Positions 24,644 to 31,241 of a stretch of 64,000 nucleotides of DNA are shown in pieces. Each line of letters begins with the position of its first letter. Within the stretch, counting starts at the first letter, position 1. Under the pieces are notes generated by a model, which was not told the DNA's origin, did no database searches, and saw only the letters and a list, made by a program, of their open reading frames with translations. Where the stretch lies: NCBI GenBank assembly GCA_041497135.1, contig JBGQFX010000005.1, forward strand, positions 27,683-91,682, read 5' to 3'. Source of the DNA: Gemmatimonadota bacterium. GTDB taxonomy: Bacteria; Gemmatimonadota; Gemmatimonadetes; Gemmatimonadales; GWC2-71-9. The translations under genes and the position numbers were made by a program.

Positions 24644-25605
24644 GCGCCCTGGTCCGCATCGAGCCGGTCCGCCGCACGGTCGAGCTCACGATCGACGGCG
24701 AGAAGGTGCGCGCGCCCGAGGGCTCGACGATCCTCGACGCCTGCCGCCAGCGTGGCCAGTCGATCCCAACGTTGTGCTACATCGACACGTTGCACCCGGT
24801 CAACGTGTGTCGCGTATGTGTTGTGGAGGTCGAAGGCTCGCGCGTGCTCGTCCCGTCCTGCTCGCGCAAGGTCGAAGCCGGGATGGTCGTGAAGACCGAC
24901 AGCGAGCGGGTGCGGCACAGCCGCAAGATGGTGCTCGAGTTCCTCGCATCGTCGGTGGACCTCTCGACCACGCCGGACGTCGCCGGATGGCTCACCGATT
25001 ACGGGGCCGACCCGGAGCGGTACGGGCCGCCGGCCACGAGCGACGGGCGTGACGCGGCGCAACCGGGTCACCATGCGCCCCCGGACCCCGATCGCCGGGC
25101 GACCGTGGCGCAGCCAACGAAGATCGACAACGATCTCTACATCCGCGACTACAAGAAGTGCATTCTGTGCTACAAGTGCGTCGAGGCGTGTGGCTCGGAT
25201 TGGCAGAACACGTTCGCGATCGCCGTAGCGGGGCGGGGGTTCGATGCGCGCATTTCGACCGAGTTCGCGACCGAGCTTCCCAAGTCGGCGTGTGTCTATT
25301 GCGGCAACTGCATCGCGGTGTGCCCCACGGGTGCTTTGATGCCGAAGAGCGAATTTGATCACCGGGCGGCGGGCACGTGGGATGAATCGCGCCAGACTGT
25401 TACGCGCACCGTATGTCCCTATTGCGGTGTGGGGTGCAACCTCGAGTTGCACGTGCAGGACAACACGATCGTAAAGGTCACCTCGCCCCTCGATCACGAT
25501 GTGACCAGCGGCAATCTCTGCATCAAGGGGCGGTTCGGCTGGGAGTACGTCCAGAGCCGGGCTACGCCTCCCACTCCGGACGGTCGGAAAAAGAAGAAGC
25601 GCTAG
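24640..25605 (+). CDS. NuoG-N-terminal-like Fe-S protein, equivalent to the N-terminal third of an FdsA/FdhF alpha subunit (2Fe-2S, 2x 4Fe-4S, MopB Fe4S4 motif)
   Basis: ELTIDGEKVRAPEGSTILDACRQRG...CRVCVVEV; CILCYKCVEACG; CVYCGNCIAVCP; TVCPYCGVGCNLELHV...GNLCIKGRFGWEYV. It ends with the basic tail RKKKKR. ATGA overlap with the preceding gene. Confidence 0.85.
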   Translation: MSALVRIEPVRRTVELTIDGEKVRAPEGSTILDACRQRGQSIPTLCYIDTLHPVNVCRVCVVEVEGSRVLVPSCSRKVEAGMVVKTDSERVRHSRKMVLEFLASSVDLSTTPDVAGWLTDYGADPERYGPPATSDGRDAAQPGHHAPPDPDRRATVAQPTKIDNDLYIRDYKKCILCYKCVEACGSDWQNTFAIAVAGRGFDARISTEFATELPKSACVYCGNCIAVCPTGALMPKSEFDHRAAGTWDESRQTVTRTVCPYCGVGCNLELHVQDNTIVKVTSPLDHDVTSGNLCIKGRFGWEYVQSRATPPTPDGRKKKKR

Positions 25606-26453
25606 AGCGACAGTCGCTCGGGGTGGGTATAGACCGTGAGGCGGTCCCGGCGCGCGAAGCCGACCAGCGTCAGTCCCGCCTGCTCGGCCAGGCGCACGGC
25701 CAGGCCGGTCGGACCCGAAATCGCGACTAACAGCGGTGCGCCGAGCACCGTCGTCTTCTGCACCATTTCGAAGCTTGCCCGGCTGGTGACGATCACGAAC
25801 CCATCGTGGGGCGTGACGCCACGCCGGAGCAGCGCGCCGATCAACTTGTCGAGCGCGTTGTGCCGGCCGACATCCTCCCGTACCAGTTCGACCGTGCCGT
25901 CGCGACGAGCCCAGGCCGCGGCATGCACTGTGCCGGCAGCGGCGTTCAGCTGCTGCTGCTTCGTGAGGGAGTCGAGCGCTGCCTCGATTGCCGGGCGAGC
26001 AACCGTCGTACCCTGCGACACCGGGTGCAGCGTCTTCAGGACCGCGTCGATGCTGTCGGTGCCGCAGATTCCGCATCCCGTGCGTCCGGTGAGGCGACGT
26101 GAGCGGGTGGCGATCACGGCCTCGCATTCGGGCGGAACCGTGGCCTGCACTTCAATCCCCTGACCGTAGCGCACGACCTTGATGTCGCCCAGGTCGGTCG
26201 CTGTGCGAATCAGCTCCTCCGTGATGCTAAACCCAACGATGAAATCTTCCAGGTCGGCAGGCGTCGCCATCATCACGACGTGCGGGATGCCGTTATAGAC
26301 GAGGACTACTGGCGTTTCTTCGACGATTTGCTCTGCGCGCTCCTGGACCTGGCCGTCCCGCCATTGGCGGGCCTGGAGCTCGAGCAGCGGCCCGGCATAG
26401 CCGAGGCGTTGCAGGCCGAGCGGGTGTTGCATCTGGTTGAGATCGGCGGGCAT
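25602..26453 (-). CDS. fdhD: formate dehydrogenase accessory sulfurtransferase FdhD
   Basis: ...LTGRTGCGICG...VHAAAW...EDVGRHNALDKLIGA...VTSRASFEMVQK... Confidence 0.9.
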   Translation of the reverse strand: MPADLNQMQHPLGLQRLGYAGPLLELQARQWRDGQVQERAEQIVEETPVVLVYNGIPHVVMMATPADLEDFIVGFSITEELIRTATDLGDIKVVRYGQGIEVQATVPPECEAVIATRSRRLTGRTGCGICGTDSIDAVLKTLHPVSQGTTVARPAIEAALDSLTKQQQLNAAAGTVHAAAWARRDGTVELVREDVGRHNALDKLIGALLRRGVTPHDGFVIVTSRASFEMVQKTTVLGAPLLVAISGPTGLAVRLAEQAGLTLVGFARRDRLTVYTHPERLSL

Positions 26454-26555
26454 GGGGCAAGTATAACGGGCCTACGCTGCAGGAAGGCTCTAAGGTGGCC
26501 TTCAGCCGCGACGACGGCTTGTCGCCGCTCCGCTACGGCCCATACCTTATCCACC

Positions 26556-26834
26556 ATGACGGCTTGGCACTCGGACCTCCCCGCCGCCGATCTGATCTCG
26601 GCCGGGCTGGCGGACCTGGAACGTGGAGTCGCGTCGGTGCCCGCGCTGCTCGTCTCCATCGGCGCCCCGCGCCTCGCGACGCTCGGCGTGTCCGTGCCGC
26701 GTCCTCTCTCGGATCCCGAGCGGCGGCTGTACGAGCTCCTGCGGCAGAACGACCCCGACGCCGCCCACTCGCGCTACAATGCACTGGTGCGCCGGCTCGT
26801 CAGCTTCGAGCGCGCGCTCGCATGCGCGCCCTAG
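26556..26834 (+). CDS. small helical hypothetical protein (92 aa), upstream partner of a nucleotidyltransferase-fold gene
   Basis: ATG 26556. Its end overlaps the next gene's ATG by 13 nt. No motif I can name. Confidence 0.45.
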   Translation: MTAWHSDLPAADLISAGLADLERGVASVPALLVSIGAPRLATLGVSVPRPLSDPERRLYELLRQNDPDAAHSRYNALVRRLVSFERALACAP

Positions 26835-27343
26835 CGGGCGGCGACGGCATCCGGCGGTTCATGCAGGCACTTGCCGCCGAAGCGCGCCAGGACGCGCGTG
26901 TTTACTTCACGGGCGGCGCCACGGCGGTGCTGTCGGGCTGGCGAGACAGCACGATCGACGTGGACCTCAAGCTGGTTCCCGAACAGGACGCCTTGCTGCG
27001 CGCCATCCCGGCGCTCAAGGAGTCCCTCCAGCTCAACGTGGAGCTCGCGAGTCCGGCCGATTTCATCCCCGTGCCTCCCGGATGGGAGGATCGCAGCCCC
27101 TTCATTGAACGGCTGGGCCGCGTCTCGTTCCATCACTTCGATCTTTACGCGCAGGCGTTGGCGAAGGTGGAGCGCGGTCATGCGCAGGACGTGGCGGACG
27201 TGCGCGAGATGCTGCAACGGGGGCTGGTCGACTCTGGCCGGGCGCTGGAGTATTTCGGTCGTATCGAGCCCGAGCTGTACCGCTATCCGGCAATCGACCC
27301 GCCTGCCTTCCGGCGAGCGGCCGAGCAGGCCTTCGGGAGCTGA
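26822..27343 (+). CDS. minimal nucleotidyltransferase-fold protein (DUF6036-like), hypothetical
   Basis: VYFTGGATAVLSGWRDSTIDVDLKL (hGG-x9-R-x-T-x-DVD NTase signature), followed by a helical C-terminus. Confidence 0.55.
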   Translation: MRALAGGDGIRRFMQALAAEARQDARVYFTGGATAVLSGWRDSTIDVDLKLVPEQDALLRAIPALKESLQLNVELASPADFIPVPPGWEDRSPFIERLGRVSFHHFDLYAQALAKVERGHAQDVADVREMLQRGLVDSGRALEYFGRIEPELYRYPAIDPPAFRRAAEQAFGS

Positions 27344-27379
27344 TCACCCTAACCGTTGCCTCAACGGGCGGCGCGGCAA

Positions 27380-27419
27380 GCCCTCCCCGGGCCCTGAGGC
27401 CGAGGAGGGCTGTTGTTTT
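27380..27419. terminator. stem-loop terminator (T-run on the plus strand), shared by convergent genes
   Basis: GCCCTCC-N17-GGAGGGC followed by TGTTGTTTT. A homologous hairpin occurs at 30800-30830. Confidence 0.6.
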
Positions 27420-27791
27420 CTACCGCACTCCTACATTCACCGAGATGTTGCTGCCGTCATTCAGTAGCGCCGTGATCGCGTAGGTACCGCTGGTCCATCC
27501 CTTGGTCCCCAAGTTGAAGATGTACTGCTGACTCACTACATCGTAGCGGAAGGTGATTCCCTGATTTGGCACCGTGGACGTCACGGTTTCGTTGACGTTG
27601 CTCGGCGCGCTGTTGGACACCCTGTTCACCTGGATCGTCGCTACGGCGGTGCTCACCGGTGTCACTCCGTCCGCCAGGAAGAGCTGGAACTTCACCGGGA
27701 TCGTGGACCCGATCTTGAACACGCTCTGTGCTTGCGGCGGCGTGTTGATCGGCTGGAGGAAGCCGTGGCCTACGGCGGTGTTGTACAGCAC
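27420..27791 (-). repeat. 372-nt 3'-terminal coding module duplicated at 30870..31241
   Basis: By-eye alignment gives about 30 mismatches in 372 nt, including a 99-nt perfectly identical run (27508-27606). Flanking terminator hairpins are also homologous. Confidence 0.85.
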
Positions 27792-30554
27792 CGCAATCGA
27801 GACGCTCTTCGCCGCGGTGCTGTAGTCCACCTGGTCGTCTGGCGTGAAGCTCACGCCGAGGGGCTGCGGCCCCGGGTTCAGGATCGTGCCCGCGGGTGGT
27901 GCGTAGCTGAACGTGCCGGTGAGAGACACACCACCCACGCCGGTCGCGGTCGCGTTCAGCTGGGTGCTGCCCAACGCCTGGCCGTAGAGCATCGAGCTCG
28001 GCGGATTCCAGGTGATGAGCGGCGTTGCCTTCGCGATGGAGAAGCTCTGTACCACACTCGGCGCCGGGTTGAAGCTGGCGTCGCCGGCCTGGTCGGCGGT
28101 GATCGTGCAGGCACCTGCGCCGGTGAGGGAGACTATGTTCCCGGAGACCGTGCAGCTGCCGCTCGCCGAGAAGGTCACGGGCAGCCCAGAGGCTGCACTC
28201 GCATTGATCGCGAACGGCGGCTCGCTGAACAAATGGCTGCTCAGGGTGCCAAAGCTGATCGTCTGGTCGGCTTTGCTCATCAAAAGCCGCGTCCCGTTTC
28301 CGCCATTCCATATCCGGGCGATTTCAGCATCCGACAGCGCTCTGTTCCAGATAGCAATTTCGTCGAGAGATCCGTCGAATGAAAAATCTCTGCCGTCCTG
28401 AGCATCTCGCTTGCCAATCAGCAGTGGGTTGGGGGAGCCGATTACCACCCCCCCCGAGGGCCCGAAACCGCGCAGACTTCCATCAAAGAACAAATAGCCA
28501 GTGTTCCCGCTTTGCCGAGTGACGATTTGATGCCAGACGCCGGTGGTAACCGTTCCCAGGGAGAGGGAGGCCGTGGTGTAAGTCCACCCGCCAGGCCCGC
28601 AGCAACCTGTCCACTTCTCGATAAGCGCTTGCTCCCGATAGTTGATGTTTGTGTTAAACCAAACCTGGACAGTGTTGTCGCCGGACACGAGATCGAAAGC
28701 GGGGTCGTTCGTCGGTTGTTGTGCGTAGGAGTCGTTATTGCCTGGCAGGACGAGCGCCTGCCCCAGCAGTCCGGGGCCGAATCCTGCACCGCCAAACAGG
28801 GACAGATTCCGCCCGTTGCCGGATGCATCGTTCGCGGTTCCTTCGAAAGGCCAGTAGCCGAGAAGGCCAGTGGTGATTGTCTGGTTGTTGCCCGTGTGGT
28901 AGAGGGCTGCGATTTCGACTCCAGACAAGGCGCGGTTGTAGATCTCCGGCTCGTCAATCTCCCCGTTCAGGTGTGCTCCCTGGAGGATGTACGAGCCGAA
29001 ACGAAGGTTGGCCGAATGAGAATCGAGGAAGGCTGGAACGGGGGAACGGGTGTCTTCCAGGACTCCGTTGACGTACAGCGAGAAGCTACCCGAGCTCTTG
29101 ACGGCGGCAACGTGGTACCACACGCCGGTCACCGCGTGCGTGGTACTGAATAGGGTGTAGGCAGGGTCATAACACCGGTTGCCCGACCCGCCACCGAAGC
29201 AGAACCAGAAACGGTTGTCAACCTGCTTCAGGAGGCGCCAGCCATCGGTGTCCACCCCGTTGGCGGACATTTTATCCACGATGGACTCATCACCGCCCCA
29301 ATCGCTACTAAGCGAGTTGAACAGCACCCATGCGTCTACCGTGAAGTCGCCGCCTGAGACCTGAAGGTTTGGCGCATTGCCGACGTCGACGTAGTCATCG
29401 ATGCCGTCCAAGAGGAACGCCTGTCCCACCCTGCCTGAAGCGAACGTGGCGCCGTTCTCCAGCGTGCCATCGTTGCCATCCACAACATCATTCGCGCTTC
29501 CGTCACCCGGCCACCGACTGACTGGACCCGTGCTCGCTGCCGCGGGGGTGAACGCCTCGACCGCCGCGACGAAGTTGCCTGGGCTACTTGACCCACCCAT
29601 GACGTAGAGCGAGCCATTCACCACGCCCACTGCTGGAGCGAACTGGGGTGCAGGCAGCGAGGCGACTGAGGTCCAAGTATCGGTCGCCGGATCGTATGCG
29701 TCGACCGTCGATAGCATGCTGCCGTTGTACCCGCTCACCGCATAGAGCACGCCGTTTACCACTCCCACGCCGGAGCCGTACCGAGGGACAGGCAGGGATG
29801 CCTTTGTGGTCCACGTGTCCGTTCCAGGGTTGTAAGCCTCGACCGTCCCGAGGAAACCGCCGTCGTATCCCCCCACCGCATAGAGCACGCCGTTTACCAC
29901 GCCCACCGCCAGGTCCTTTCGCGGTGTCGGCATCGATGACTTGGTGGTCCACGTGTCGGTACTAGGATCATAGGCCTGGACCGTCCCGACGATGTCGGAG
30001 GGGTTGTTACCGGGGCTGGTGTATCCACCAACGGCATAGAGCACACCATTCACTACGCCCACTGCAAGGCCTGAACGTGGCGTCGGCATCGACGCTTTGG
30101 TACTCCAAGCGTTCGTGCCGGGGTCATAGGCCTCGACGGTCCCGAGTTGGGTGAAACCGTTATTCATTCCACCAACCGCGTAGAGTACACCATTCACCAC
30201 GCCCACTCCGACAAAATCCCCTCGCGGAGTCGGCATCGATGTCTTAGTGGTCCAGGCGTCGGTACTGGGGTCATAGGCCTCGACCGTCTCGACAAACGTG
30301 CCAAAGTTGTTCCCCCCCACGGCGTAGAGCACACCGTTCACAACGCCTCCCCCGAGCCCATCCCTTGGCACTCCCATCGGAGTCTTCGTGGTCCACATAC
30401 CGCTGCCGGGGACAATCTGGAAACTGGGAGTCAAGTTCGGCGGGCCCGCTGGGGATGACACATCCCGGTTGCACCCGAACAACACAAGGCTGACCGAAGT
30501 CAGCACGGCCAGCGCACTCAGCCGCGACAACTCCCGTGGGCTCACTCGATGCAT
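27420..30554 (-). CDS. giant lipoprotein: Kelch-repeat propeller + two LamG-like jelly-roll domains + Ig-like domains + conserved C-terminal ~122-aa module
   Basis: Lipobox LVLFGC after MHRVSPRELSRLSALAVLTSVS (ATG 30554, AGGAGG SD). About six VVNGVLYAVGG...YDP.T..W Kelch blades. LamG-like segments (AFLLDGIDDYVDVG...FTVDAWV; ...GSLDEIAIWNRALS). C-terminal ...GSTIPVKFQLF... Confidence 0.8.
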   Translation of the reverse strand: MHRVSPRELSRLSALAVLTSVSLVLFGCNRDVSSPAGPPNLTPSFQIVPGSGMWTTKTPMGVPRDGLGGGVVNGVLYAVGGNNFGTFVETVEAYDPSTDAWTTKTSMPTPRGDFVGVGVVNGVLYAVGGMNNGFTQLGTVEAYDPGTNAWSTKASMPTPRSGLAVGVVNGVLYAVGGYTSPGNNPSDIVGTVQAYDPSTDTWTTKSSMPTPRKDLAVGVVNGVLYAVGGYDGGFLGTVEAYNPGTDTWTTKASLPVPRYGSGVGVVNGVLYAVSGYNGSMLSTVDAYDPATDTWTSVASLPAPQFAPAVGVVNGSLYVMGGSSSPGNFVAAVEAFTPAAASTGPVSRWPGDGSANDVVDGNDGTLENGATFASGRVGQAFLLDGIDDYVDVGNAPNLQVSGGDFTVDAWVLFNSLSSDWGGDESIVDKMSANGVDTDGWRLLKQVDNRFWFCFGGGSGNRCYDPAYTLFSTTHAVTGVWYHVAAVKSSGSFSLYVNGVLEDTRSPVPAFLDSHSANLRFGSYILQGAHLNGEIDEPEIYNRALSGVEIAALYHTGNNQTITTGLLGYWPFEGTANDASGNGRNLSLFGGAGFGPGLLGQALVLPGNNDSYAQQPTNDPAFDLVSGDNTVQVWFNTNINYREQALIEKWTGCCGPGGWTYTTASLSLGTVTTGVWHQIVTRQSGNTGYLFFDGSLRGFGPSGGVVIGSPNPLLIGKRDAQDGRDFSFDGSLDEIAIWNRALSDAEIARIWNGGNGTRLLMSKADQTISFGTLSSHLFSEPPFAINASAASGLPVTFSASGSCTVSGNIVSLTGAGACTITADQAGDASFNPAPSVVQSFSIAKATPLITWNPPSSMLYGQALGSTQLNATATGVGGVSLTGTFSYAPPAGTILNPGPQPLGVSFTPDDQVDYSTAAKSVSIAVLYNTAVGHGFLQPINTPPQAQSVFKIGSTIPVKFQLFLADGVTPVSTAVATIQVNRVSNSAPSNVNETVTSTVPNQGITFRYDVVSQQYIFNLGTKGWTSGTYAITALLNDGSNISVNVGVR

Positions 30555-30799
30555 ACATCCCTCCTGGGAATTTGGGTTGGGCACGGCTGCAGCTGTGGGC
30601 TAGGCCCGTTGTGTCGCAAACCACGGCGCTGATCCACGTGCGCTGTTCGCATGCTTACGCTGTTTCTCGCCCTTGCGGCTCTTCTAGACTCTGTGCCATT
30701 AGACCCGCCCCCGTGACACCAGTGGAACGTCGGTGGGGCACGCCAGACGCGAATTCGAACGGACCGCGCGCGACGGTGGGGAGCTTCGACTGACAGAAC

Positions 30800-30830
30800 A
30801 GCCCTCCCCGGCCTGAGGCCGGAGAGGGCT
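30800..30830. terminator. stem-loop downstream of the second Kelch lipoprotein gene
   Basis: AGCCCTC-CCC-GGCC-TGA-GGCC-GGA-GAGGGCT, homologous to the 27380-27410 hairpin. No clear T-run on the minus strand. Confidence 0.45.
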
Positions 30831-30869
30831 GCCACGGTCAGCCGCGACTACCTATAGGTGCTTGGCTTG

Positions 30870-31241
30870 CTACCGCGCTCCTACATTCACCGTGATGTTG
30901 CTGCCGTCATTCAACAGCGCGGTGATCTGGTAGGTCCCGCTGGTCCATCCCTTGGTGCCCAAGTTGAAGATGTACTGCTGACTCACTACATCGTAGCGGA
31001 AGGTGATTCCCTGATTTGGCACCGTGGACGTCACGGTTTCGTTGACGTTGCTCGGCACGCTGTTGGACACCCTGTTCACCTGTATCGTCGCCACGGCAGT
31101 ACTCACGGGCGTCACGCTGTCCGCCAGGAAGAGTTGGAATTTCACAGGAATAGTGGAGCCGATCTTGAACACGCTCTGTCCTTGCGGTGGGGTGTTGATC
31201 GGCTGGAGGAAGCCGTGTCCCACGGCGGTGTTGTAGAGCAC
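30870..31241 (-). repeat. 372-nt 3'-terminal coding module, copy 2 of 27420..27791
   Basis: See the copy 1 entry. The encoded 123 aa differ at only a handful of positions. Confidence 0.85.

Noticed and set aside
20965-26127. Long minus-strand ORFs 20965..22461, 23405..24469 and 24580..26127 across the FDH cluster
   Set aside because: They are antisense to genes with unmistakable FDH/NuoF/NuoG motifs. Their translations are Arg/Pro/Gly-rich with no recognisable domains.
30740-30765. GAATTCGAAC sequence considered as a tRNA T-arm remnant or integration-site trace in the 315-nt intergenic region
   Set aside because: No acceptor or anticodon stems can be drawn around it, and no flanking direct repeats or integrase gene are present.
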